This document shows positions 1 through 8,626 of a stretch of DNA of 64,000 nt, in pieces (positions within the stretch are counted from its first letter, which is position 1; each line of letters opens with the position of its first letter). The stretch comes from an uncultured Candidatus Rokubacteria bacterium (lineage in GTDB: Bacteria > Methylomirabilota > Methylomirabilia > Rokubacteriales > DASRDR01). The translations under genes and the position numbers were made by a program. The stretch is from contig CAWGVS010000005.1 of NCBI GenBank assembly GCA_963826115.1, forward strand, positions 672,001 to 736,000, given 5' to 3'. Below the pieces are notes generated by a model. That model had not been told where the DNA came from and made no database searches. It saw nothing but the letters and a program-made list of their open reading frames with translations.

Positions 1-1
1 G

Positions 2-1792
2 GTCAGCCGGATGGCCCTGCTCGCTCGAGGACAGCACGCCGCCGATTGGATCCTCAACAGCGATGCCGACGAGTTCTGGCGCGCCTCCTCCGGTGATCTG
101 AAGAGCACCCTGGCCGGGACACCCCCCGAGGCCGACGTCATCGTCTGCCCGCGGCGGCACATGCTTTTCCCGAGCAATCAGAGGTCTCGTGGCCCGTGGC
201 ATCGGAACAGCCTCTACCGGGTGGCCCACCCCGTGCCGCTCCCGAGCCTGCGGGATCGGCTGACAGACCCGCTGCCAGCTCCTTACTTCTATCTGGATCT
301 ACCCCCAAAGGTCCTGTGCCGGGCGCATGGTCTCAAGGCGGTACACGAGGGCAACCATTGGGCGGACTACGAGGCCGAAGTCCGCCCGGCGAGCGGATCC
401 GTCCACGTGTACCACTTTCCGGTTCGGAGCTTCGCCCAGTTCGTGAGGAAGGTGCGGGCGGGGGGCGCCGCCTACGCGCGGAACACAGTGCTGTCCCCGT
501 CGGTTGGCTGGCATTGGCGACGCTGGCACCGGATGCTGGTCGACGGCGACATCGAGCGGGCATTGGGGGAGGCCCTTCCGTCCGAGGCGCGGCTACTGAG
601 GGACCTGGGGGTGGGCAGTGTCCTGATCGACAGGACCATGACGGACGATCTGGAGCGGCTTTCAGGCGAGCAGCCCGTGACGCCGGTAAGCGAGGTCCGG
701 TCGAGTCGTGCCGGCCAGGTCCGGACCGGGGATCAGGATCCCGTCGAGGGCTCCGCGGTGTGCGTGCTGGGCATGCATCGGAGCGGCACATCCGTGCTCG
801 CTCGGGTCCTGAACCTTCTTGGGGTGGATCTGGGACCCTCGCATTGCCTGATGAGTCCCGATCCGAACAATCCGGGGGGCTACTGGGAGCACCAGGGGCT
901 TGTCGACATCAACGATGCCATTCTCCGGCGATTCGGGGGGAGCTGGGACCGGCCGCCGGTCTTCCCGTTCGGATGGGAGCGATCCGAGGGCCTCGCGGAC
1001 CTTCGCGCGTCTGCGCGCGAGCTGCTCCGAGACACGTTTGCTGACGCAGCGCTGTGGGGGTGGAAGGACCCGCGGACGTGTCTGACGCTCCCATTCTGGC
1101 AATCGCTGCTTCCACCGATGCGCCATGTGATCGCCCTCCGGAGCCCGCTCAGCGTGGCGCGCTCGCTCGAGCGTCGCGACGGCCTCTCGATGGAAGAGAG
1201 TGGCAGGTTGTGGCTGCGCTATGTGACCTCGGCTCTGATGCATACGCAAGGCCGGGCGAGGGTCATCGTGCCGTATGAGCGTCTCCTCGCTGAACCCGGG
1301 CGAGATGCGCGGCGCCTCGCGGATTTCATTGGTCGGTCCGCTGGGCTCACGCCGGAAATACGAGAGGTGATCGAGACGGCTGTCCGGCCCGACCTGTGCC
1401 ACCACGGCGCGTCGCTTCAAAAGACGCTTGGGAACGCCACTCTGCCATTCTCGGCGAGTGCTCTCTACGCCATGTTGTGCCTGCTCCTGCATGATGAGGG
1501 CGTCGCGATCGAGGAGGAGGATCCAGTCGACGTGGCCGTGAGCGCGGTGCAACGTGCGACCCGCATGGCTGACGGGAAGGACGTCGCCTTCCGGCAGCTG
1601 CAGGAGGAGCATTCGATGCTCGCGGCCGCACACCAGAAGCGTGGTGACACAGTGGCTCAACTGAGTGGCCATCCCGTCTGGCGGGGCTATCTACGTCTGC
1701 GGCGGGCCACGATCCCGCCGGGCTCAAGACGAGAGGCTGGCCTGAAAGTGGCCTGGCGATGGCTCCGGGCACGCTCACCGGAGCAGGGCTAG
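2..1792 (+). CDS. Glycosyltransferase family 2-like domain fused to sulfotransferase-like domain (probably 5'-partial)
   Basis: N-terminal ADWILNSDADEFW (DxD) and HFPVRS..QF..KV..GG; C-terminal half has VLGMHRSGTS (PAPS 5'-PSB-like loop) and WGWKDPR. The frame is open to the window edge (VSR before the ATG at 11). Confidence 0.8.
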   Translation, partial: VSRMALLARGQHAADWILNSDADEFWRASSGDLKSTLAGTPPEADVIVCPRRHMLFPSNQRSRGPWHRNSLYRVAHPVPLPSLRDRLTDPLPAPYFYLDLPPKVLCRAHGLKAVHEGNHWADYEAEVRPASGSVHVYHFPVRSFAQFVRKVRAGGAAYARNTVLSPSVGWHWRRWHRMLVDGDIERALGEALPSEARLLRDLGVGSVLIDRTMTDDLERLSGEQPVTPVSEVRSSRAGQVRTGDQDPVEGSAVCVLGMHRSGTSVLARVLNLLGVDLGPSHCLMSPDPNNPGGYWEHQGLVDINDAILRRFGGSWDRPPVFPFGWERSEGLADLRASARELLRDTFADAALWGWKDPRTCLTLPFWQSLLPPMRHVIALRSPLSVARSLERRDGLSMEESGRLWLRYVTSALMHTQGRARVIVPYERLLAEPGRDARRLADFIGRSAGLTPEIREVIETAVRPDLCHHGASLQKTLGNATLPFSASALYAMLCLLLHDEGVAIEEEDPVDVAVSAVQRATRMADGKDVAFRQLQEEHSMLAAAHQKRGDTVAQLSGHPVWRGYLRLRRATIPPGSRREAGLKVAWRWLRARSPEQG

Positions 1793-2595
1793 TGTCGGAA
1801 CTCTACGCGGGCCGATACCTGTTCGTTATGGGATGCCCCCGCTCGGGTACCACGGCCCTGAAGACTTTGCTGAACGGTCACCAGGCGATTGCACTCGGCG
1901 AGGAGCGGTACGGCAGTCGTTACGACCACGCAGAATTCCTGGACCCGTCGCTATTCGAGGGTGATCGCTTCTTTCGGCTGATGGAGGGGGACACGTTCTA
2001 CCCGGATCTGGAGGCCGCGACCCCGGAGTTTGGTGCGCTCAAGTCCCGATACGGCGAAGCGCAATACCGCGGTGACAAGATCCCGTTCCTGTATCGGTAC
2101 CTGCCACGGCTGCTGGACACGTTTCAGGCGCGCGCGCGAGTCGTCGTCAGCATTCGTAACATCTTCGACGTCGCCGACTCGTATAACCGACGTGCGGACA
2201 ACCCGGCGGACCTGACGTGGGAGTCGGGGAGAGCGAACTCGGCGGTCGCGCACTGGAACGAGGCGATCGAGGCGGCCCTTACCCACGGCGTGGATCCGCG
2301 GATCCTGCTCGTTCGATACGAGGAGCTGTTCCAGGCCGGTCGGGGTTTGAAGGCGCTGTTCAGCTTCCTGGATCTCGAGCTGACGAGCGACGTGTTGGCC
2401 GCGCATCGACGGCTGCTCGCGGAATCGATCGCTCTGGACTACGATCGGCAGCCCACGTTGAGTTACGACGAGATCGACGACATCCGGAAGCGTGCCGACT
2501 TCCCAGGCTACCGCGAGGTCCTCGAGCGATGCCGCCGGTCTCTGTCGGACGACGTGACGGAGCCCGAGCCGATGACCGAAGGATCGAGGCCCTGA
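1792..2595 (+). CDS. Sulfotransferase family protein
   Basis: FVMGCPRSGTT PSB loop, GDKIP, IRNIFDVADS 3'-PB-like motif, VRYEEL. GTG at 1792 overlaps the upstream TAG by 1 nt. Confidence 0.8.
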   Translation: MSELYAGRYLFVMGCPRSGTTALKTLLNGHQAIALGEERYGSRYDHAEFLDPSLFEGDRFFRLMEGDTFYPDLEAATPEFGALKSRYGEAQYRGDKIPFLYRYLPRLLDTFQARARVVVSIRNIFDVADSYNRRADNPADLTWESGRANSAVAHWNEAIEAALTHGVDPRILLVRYEELFQAGRGLKALFSFLDLELTSDVLAAHRRLLAESIALDYDRQPTLSYDEIDDIRKRADFPGYREVLERCRRSLSDDVTEPEPMTEGSRP

Positions 2596-2616
2596 AGGCC
2601 AGCCCCGAAGCGGTCG

Positions 2617-3696
2617 TCAGATGGTCCCGGCCGGGAGGCGCGCTCTCAGACCGGCCGAGATCTCTCGAGCGATGGCGTCCAGGTCGTAGGACGGCTGCCA
2701 TTCGGGGTAGAGCGAGCGGAACTTGCGGGTGTCGCTGATCCACCAGATGTGGTCGCCGATCCGATTCGTCTCGTCGTAGGACCAGGCCAGGGGACGGTCG
2801 GCGACCTTCTCCGCGAGGTCGATGGCCTCGAGCATCGAGCAGTTCACCGCGCGGCCACCCCCCATGTTGAAGACCTCACCGACCCGTGGCCGCTGGAAGA
2901 ACGACCAGAACGCCTCGACCAGGTCCCGGGCGTGGAGGTTGTCGCGGACCTGCTTGCCCTTGTACCCGTACACGACGTACGGCGCGCCGGTCAGCGCGCA
3001 CTTGATCAGGTACGCGAGGAACCCGTGCGCCGGCGTGGCGGCGTGGCCGGAGCCGGTCAGACATCCACCTCGGAAGCAGGCCGTCTTCAGGCCAAAGTAG
3101 CGCCCGTATTCCTGCACCAGGAGGTCCGCGGCGGTCTTGGAGACTCCGAACAGGCTGTGCAAGCACGTGTCGATCGACATCGTCTCGTCGATGCCGTGCG
3201 CAGCAAACGGATGCTCCGCGGAAACCTCGTAGCGGGTGCGCCCCTCGACGAAGGGCAGGGAGTTAGGCCGCGCACCGTACACCTTGTTCGTGCTGGCGAA
3301 GATGAAGACCGCCTCTGGGGCGTGAGCGCGGGTGGCTTCCAGGAGGATCAGGGTGCCGGTGGCGTTCACGGCGAAGTCGATCATCGGCGCCTGGGCGGCC
3401 CAGTCGTGGGACGGCTGGCCGGCGCAGTGGATGACCCCCGCGATGTCGCGCCCGTATCGCCGGAACTCCGCGCTGCATGGCCGCATCGTTCCCGGATGTC
3501 GGCATCGACGTGGCGGTAGCGGGGGACCGTCCGCTCGAGGGCCTGGTTGCTGCCACCGCGTGGTGCCGGTCTCGCCGAAGAAGACGCGCCGCAGGTCGTT
3601 GTCGATGCCGACCGCCTCAAGACCGCGGTCCGCGAACAGCCGGACCGCCTCGGCGCCGACGAGCCCGGCGGAGCCAGTGATCAGGACGACACTCAC
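2617..3696 (-). CDS. NAD-dependent nucleotide-sugar epimerase/dehydratase (CDP-paratose 2-epimerase-like); contains three +1 indels at about 3468-3547
   Basis: GTG start VSVVLITGSAGLVG (GxxGxxG), HCAGQPSHDWA, STNKVYG, FGVSK, FRGGCLTG, QVRDNLH; AAGG upstream. Confidence 0.85.
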   Translation of the reverse strand: MSVVLITGSAGLVGAEAVRLFADRGLEAVGIDNDLRRVFFGETGTTRWQQPGPRADGPPLPPRRCRHPGTMRPCSAEFRRYGRDIAGVIHCAGQPSHDWAAQAPMIDFAVNATGTLILLEATRAHAPEAVFIFASTNKVYGARPNSLPFVEGRTRYEVSAEHPFAAHGIDETMSIDTCLHSLFGVSKTAADLLVQEYGRYFGLKTACFRGGCLTGSGHAATPAHGFLAYLIKCALTGAPYVVYGYKGKQVRDNLHARDLVEAFWSFFQRPRVGEVFNMGGGRAVNCSMLEAIDLAEKVADRPLAWSYDETNRIGDHIWWISDTRKFRSLYPEWQPSYDLDAIAREISAGLRARLPAGTI

Positions 3697-3712
3697 GACG
3701 CGACCTTGCCAG

Positions 3713-4552
3713 TCATGCCGCGGGGTGCGTCTCTCCGCGCGAGGCGGTCGAGGCCTCGGATCCCGGCGTCGGGGGAAGGGAAGGCGACTCGCCCGCGTCC
3801 CGGCGGTAGTCGCCACGGCTGAGCATCTTCTCGAGCCAGACGTACAGGCACATGAAGAGGTAGCGGCTCCCCATCTCGTTGATCTTGAGCTTCGAGTCGC
3901 CGAGGCGGCGGTTCCGCCAGGTGATCGGCATCACGGTCCAGGAGTAGCCGCGGACGATGGCCTTGAGCGGCAGCTCGACCGTGAGATTGAAATGCGGGGA
4001 GATGAGCGGCCGGCAGCCGTCGATCGCGGAGCGCCGGTAGGCCTTGAAGGCGTTGGTCGTGTCGTTCAGCCGGATGCGGAACATGACGCGCAGGAAGAGG
4101 TTCGCGAAGCGGTTCAGCCAGAGTTTCGGGAGGGGATAGTCGATCACCCCGCCACCCGGATGAAGCGGCTGCCGAACACGCAGTCCCACCCCTCGTTCAG
4201 CATCTTCCAGTAGCGGACCACGTCGCGGCAGTCGTCGGACTCGTCGGCCATCATGATGACGACGGCGTCGCCCTGCGCGTGGTCGAGGCCACAGACCACG
4301 GCGCGGCCGAAGCCGTGCCGCGCCGGCGTTCTGGACGGGCAGGAGCTCCGCGATCCGGTCGCGCAAGTCCTGCAGGATCGCCCACGTCTGGTCCGTGCTT
4401 CCGTCGTCCACGACCACGATCTCGTGGGGAATTCGCTGGAGGGCGAGCTCGAGGTGCAGGTGCTCCACGGTCGAAGCGATGGACCCCGCCTCGTCGCGCG
4501 CGGGAATCACGACGCTGAGCAATGACAGCCGGGAGGGCTCGGCGTCCGGCAT
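3713..4552 (-). CDS. GT2 polyprenyl-phosphate glycosyltransferase (DPM1/GtrB-like); compensating +1/-1 indels at about 4321 and 4156
   Basis: LSVVIPARDE, VVVDDGSTD, DTTNAFKAYRR, WRNRRLGDSK. The conserved middle (GFGRAV..G...GDAVVIMMADESD..VFGSRF) lies in an alternative frame. Confidence 0.85.
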   Translation of the reverse strand: MPDAEPSRLSLLSVVIPARDEAGSIASTVEHLHLELALQRIPHEIVVVDDGSTDQTWAILQDLRDRIAELLPVQNAGAARLRPRRGLWPRPRAGRRRRHHDGRRVRRLPRRGPLLEDAERGVGLRVRQPLHPGGGVIDYPLPKLWLNRFANLFLRVMFRIRLNDTTNAFKAYRRSAIDGCRPLISPHFNLTVELPLKAIVRGYSWTVMPITWRNRRLGDSKLKINEMGSRYLFMCLYVWLEKMLSRGDYRRDAGESPSLPPTPGSEASTASRGETHPAA

Positions 4553-4603
4553 CCCAGCCCCCCTATCTGAGTGTCCCGTCGCGGCACGACATGGTTGAGC
4601 TCA

Positions 4604-5674
4604 TCACGGGCGCGTCATCTCCAGCCATTGCGGCTCCGCTTCGGCGAAAGCGGCGATCTCGTCGAAGATCGACGAGAGGGAGCGAGAGGGGGACCAGCCC
4701 CAGAGCTGGGCGGCACGCGAGTTGTCCATCACGACCCAGGGCACGTCACGGGGCCCGGTGTCGGGCTGCCGGCTCACGCTCCGCGGCCCGAACCGGTCGG
4801 CGCACCACGCGCTCAGCTCCGCCAGGGACACCGAGCCGCTCAGGCCCCCGCCGACGTTGCAGACTCTCGGGCAGTCCGATCGCGGAGACCGGATCTGGTG
4901 GGCCGTCAGCGCCGCCAGGTCAGCGGGGTGGAGGATGTCGCGCACCTGCCACCCATGCCCCCCGAATCCGGTGTACCGCAGCGTGCTCTCCGCTCGCCAC
5001 GCATGGATCCAGTAGGAATACACTCCCTGGTCGGCCGTTCCGAACTGGCCCGCCCCGGCCATCACCCCGCACCGGTTGATCCAGACCGGGAACGAGCCGG
5101 CGTCCCCGTATTCGAGGGCGAGGCACTCGGATGCGAGCTTGGTGCCGCCATACAGGGAGATGGGCGCGGCGGTGGAGAAGTCCTCACCCAGGCCTCGCGA
5201 GCTGACACCGGCCGGGAGTGGGCCCGCGCTCGCCCCGAGCGTGAAGCGGGATCCCATCGGGACGAGCGGCAATGCCGCAAGGGCTCGGATGGAGTACACG
5301 CGGCTCGTGCTGAGCAAGATCAGTCCCGCCCGGGTCCGGCGGCAGTACTCGAGCACGTTGACGGATCCCAGGAGATTGTGCTCGACGAGCTGCCGGGACG
5401 TCGAGCGCCCGTCCGTTCCGGCGTGCACGCTGGGATTGGCGGCGGCATCGATGACCCAGTCCGCCTCCGGCAGCTGCTCGAGGTCGCTGGCGCACCGGAT
5501 GTCTCCGTGAAAGACGCGGATGCCCAGGGACCGGAGCCGCGAGCGATTCCGTTCACTGCCCGGCCGAACGAGCGAGTCGATGCCGAACACGTCCAGGGAC
5601 TCGATCGCGCCTCCAAGAGCCATCGCCACGGTGCTTCCCACGAACCCGCAGATTCCGGTGACGAGGATCCTCAT
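4604..5674 (-). CDS. Second NAD-dependent epimerase/dehydratase (CDP-paratose 2-epimerase-like)
   Basis: ILVTGICGFVGS, AANPSV, STSRVY, YGGTK (YxxxK), QVRDILHPADL, NVGGG; double TGA stop. Confidence 0.85.
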   Translation of the reverse strand: MRILVTGICGFVGSTVAMALGGAIESLDVFGIDSLVRPGSERNRSRLRSLGIRVFHGDIRCASDLEQLPEADWVIDAAANPSVHAGTDGRSTSRQLVEHNLLGSVNVLEYCRRTRAGLILLSTSRVYSIRALAALPLVPMGSRFTLGASAGPLPAGVSSRGLGEDFSTAAPISLYGGTKLASECLALEYGDAGSFPVWINRCGVMAGAGQFGTADQGVYSYWIHAWRAESTLRYTGFGGHGWQVRDILHPADLAALTAHQIRSPRSDCPRVCNVGGGLSGSVSLAELSAWCADRFGPRSVSRQPDTGPRDVPWVVMDNSRAAQLWGWSPSRSLSSIFDEIAAFAEAEPQWLEMTRP

Positions 5675-5725
5675 GGGAATCCGGGAATCGCTGTGGCCTC
5701 GATCACGGGGTGGGGACGCATCGAG

Positions 5726-6391
5726 TCACTCTTCGCCCGGCTTCGTCGCTACGAGCCAGGTCTGCTTGCCCAGGATCCACCACGCCGGCCGCATCGCGAG
5801 ATAGAGGCGCACCAGGGCGGGGGAGATCGGGAGCCCGCCTCGCGTGGAATAGGGCAGAAAGCGGGGAATCAACTCGCGGATCTCGAAGCCGATACTGCGG
5901 CAGGCCTCCACGAGCGTTCGATCGGTGAGCGGCAGGTGATGGTCGACGAAGTCCCAATAGGCGCCGCCGACGAGCCGGATGTTAGGCTGCAGGACCAGCA
6001 ACCGTCCGTTAGGAGCGAGCACGGTCCAGATCTCGCGGAGGGTGGCGAGGAAGGTGGCGGTGTCCGGGAGATGCTCGAACACGTTGCTGCAGAAGACGAC
6101 ATCGACCGAGCCAAGCGGGACGTGCCGCGTGAGGTGATGGCCGGGAGCGGTGACCTCCAGGGTGCCGTCCGGAAGCGTGCGCCCCGGATGCTTCTCGACG
6201 TCGACCGCGATCCGCTTGCCGCAATCGATGTGACGGAGGAACTCGCCGAGACCCGACCCCAGGTCGAGCAGCACGTCGTCACGATGGACGTAGCGTTGAA
6301 AGAAATGGCGGCACAGAGTTCGCCAGATGGCGTCGCGGGCCGCCCTGTCCTTCTCGGGGAACCGCGTCGCGTAGAGGGTCGCTTCGGTCAT
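5726..6391 (-). CDS. Class I SAM-dependent methyltransferase
   Basis: LLDLGSGLGEF motif I, VDVVFCSNVFEHL, LAPNGRL. Confidence 0.85.
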   Translation of the reverse strand: MTEATLYATRFPEKDRAARDAIWRTLCRHFFQRYVHRDDVLLDLGSGLGEFLRHIDCGKRIAVDVEKHPGRTLPDGTLEVTAPGHHLTRHVPLGSVDVVFCSNVFEHLPDTATFLATLREIWTVLAPNGRLLVLQPNIRLVGGAYWDFVDHHLPLTDRTLVEACRSIGFEIRELIPRFLPYSTRGGLPISPALVRLYLAMRPAWWILGKQTWLVATKPGEE

Positions 6392-6727
6392 GGGACCGGG
6401 GCCGTGGGTCGGGCGGCCGGTCGGCGCCCAGGCACGCCGGGCCCGCTCCGCAGTTCAAGCGGAGGGCACTCAGTTGATGGGTATCGTGGCAAGATCAAGC
6501 CTTGTCATCTCCGACCAGGCCAACCCTTCCGGAGAGGGATGCTAGCACGATCACGGGCCGTGCCGACTGGAAAGCGTGAGACCGGGTGCGGAGGGCGGCG
6601 TGGCGACGGTCATCCCTGACGCTGCCCGATCGGACCGCGCAGGACGAGGGGCCAGCGGTTTGAGGCCAACCTGGTCAGCTGGCCTCTTGGGGCCCCCAGA
6701 AGGGCATGTGGTGGCTGCCCGCCGCCG

Positions 6728-8626
6728 ATGACTGGCGTGAAAGACACCGTCCTGCGCGCGTCTGTCCCACTGCTCGGCCACGGCTCCGGTGCCGGCGGCG
6801 CCCTCTTTAACATCGCCGCCACCGTGGTGCTCTGGCTCGGTTTGATCTCGCTGCCGTCCGTGCCGAGCCCCGATCTGGATACGTCGTGGCAGCTCACGCT
6901 GCATCACGCGTGGGTTCGGAATCTCGCCTTCGGTCGGGACATCATCTTCACGTACGGCCCTTGGGGCTGGCTGAACACCAGGACGTACCATCCGGCGACG
7001 TTCACCGCGCATGTTGTCTGGAAGCTCGGCTGGGCGGCGCTCTGTGCGGCGCTGATCATGATGGTCGCCGGGCGGCTGTCGTGGCCCCGCCGTCTCGCGC
7101 TCTTCGCCGCGGCGCTGCTTGCCCTGCCGGCATACGCGGACGTGTGGTCGATGCTGGTGATCGGCGGGGTGATGCTGTGGCTGGCGAGCACGGAGAGCGT
7201 CACTGCGCGTCGACTGATCGCGGTGGGCGGCCTGCTCGGGTTCCTCGCGCTGCAGAAGTTCACCGCGTCCACGATGACCGTGCTGGGGGCCGGTGTGGTC
7301 TGCCTCGAGCTGTCGCGCCGTCGCGACTGGCGCGCGATCGGCTGGCTGGCCGGCAGCCTCACGGTCAGCGTCGCCGCCTGGTGGCTGGTCGCCGGCCAGA
7401 CCCTGTCCCTGTTCCCATGGTTTCTCGGGGGCAGTGTCGAGATGGCCGCCGGATACACCGACGCGATGTTCCTGGACGAGCCACCCGCCGTGTTCCGCCT
7501 CGGTCTGATCACGGGACTAACCTACCTCTGCGTGGTCTGGGGCTGGCCCCGCCGCCAGAGCCTCCCGGTCTCTTTCCTATTGACCGTGCTCGGAGTCTTG
7601 CTGTGGAAGCAGTACTTCGTCAGGGCGGACGCACACGTGCTCGGCTTCTTCTTCGCGATGCTATTCGCCGGGATCACCGCGCCACTGTTCGGTGACCCGG
7701 GCATGCCGCGCCGGCTGACATCGTGGGCGCTCTGCCTCCTTGCAGTGTGGGGCGCAGTCCAGGTTCCGCGGGTGGCAGAGGTTGGCTCGAGGCTCCCGCA
7801 TCGTCTGGTGGAGAATGTCCGCCGGCTCATCGCGCTGCGCGAGTATCGCCATGGGCTCGAGCGCGACATCATGGAGGCCGCGGCCGCTATTTATGTTCCG
7901 GCCATTCGGGCCCACGTGGGTCAAGCTCGCGTCGATCAGTTCGGCCACGAGCAGACCACGCTGCTCTGGAACGACCTGAACTACGCACCCCGCCCGGTCC
8001 CGCAGAGCTACGCGGCGTATTCCGGGCCTCTGGCGGCGCGCAACGAGGAATACTACCGATCGACGGGCGCGCCTGACTTCACGCTGGCGAAGCTCCAGAC
8101 GATCGATGGCCGCCTGCCCTCGCTGGACGACGCGGTGCTCCTGCCGCGGCTCGTCACCGATCACCAGCCCGTCCTTCTGGAAAACGGTATCCTGCTTCTG
8201 CGGCGCCGGAAGGAGGCCGCTACGCTGGCGCTCGAGCCGCGGGCCTCTGGCACGATTGCGTTCGGCGTCGAGTATCCCGTTCCCGGCGGGGCCGGAGCCG
8301 TCTGGGTGCGCCTCGATGTCCGGCTTTCCTGGCTCGGAGCGCTCCGGACGCTCCTGTACAAGCCCCCCAGCGTCTGGCTCGCGATCCGTGACGAGGGGGG
8401 GGCGGTTCGCCGGTTTCGCCTAGTCCGGGCGGCGGCGCGGGCGGGCTTTCTGCTGAGCCCCCTCCTGCTCGACACCGCCGACCTCGAGCGCCTCGTGACG
8501 ACGCGCACGGGGCGCACGGTGCGGAGCGTCTGGCTGGAGGTGCACCCTCGCGACAGGCGATTCTTTCGCCGGAGCGTCCGCTACGAGCTCGCGGCGCTCC
8601 CGGCCTTGAGCGCGGTGAGCCGGTGA
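6728..8626 (+). CDS. Multi-pass membrane protein with soluble C-terminal domain (possible GT-C-fold glycosyltransferase)
   Basis: Roughly 10-12 hydrophobic segments in the N-terminal ~350 aa; loop after the first TM carries DLDTSW...FGRDIIFTYGPWG. Function is inferred; start is uncertain. Confidence 0.65.
   Translation: MTGVKDTVLRASVPLLGHGSGAGGALFNIAATVVLWLGLISLPSVPSPDLDTSWQLTLHHAWVRNLAFGRDIIFTYGPWGWLNTRTYHPATFTAHVVWKLGWAALCAALIMMVAGRLSWPRRLALFAAALLALPAYADVWSMLVIGGVMLWLASTESVTARRLIAVGGLLGFLALQKFTASTMTVLGAGVVCLELSRRRDWRAIGWLAGSLTVSVAAWWLVAGQTLSLFPWFLGGSVEMAAGYTDAMFLDEPPAVFRLGLITGLTYLCVVWGWPRRQSLPVSFLLTVLGVLLWKQYFVRADAHVLGFFFAMLFAGITAPLFGDPGMPRRLTSWALCLLAVWGAVQVPRVAEVGSRLPHRLVENVRRLIALREYRHGLERDIMEAAAAIYVPAIRAHVGQARVDQFGHEQTTLLWNDLNYAPRPVPQSYAAYSGPLAARNEEYYRSTGAPDFTLAKLQTIDGRLPSLDDAVLLPRLVTDHQPVLLENGILLLRRRKEAATLALEPRASGTIAFGVEYPVPGGAGAVWVRLDVRLSWLGALRTLLYKPPSVWLAIRDEGGAVRRFRLVRAAARAGFLLSPLLLDTADLERLVTTRTGRTVRSVWLEVHPRDRRFFRRSVRYELAALPALSAVSR

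Noticed and set aside
6487-6503. sigma54 -24/-12 promoter (TGGCAAG...GC)
   Set aside because: GG-to-GC spacing is 9 rather than the required 10, and there is no TTGC.
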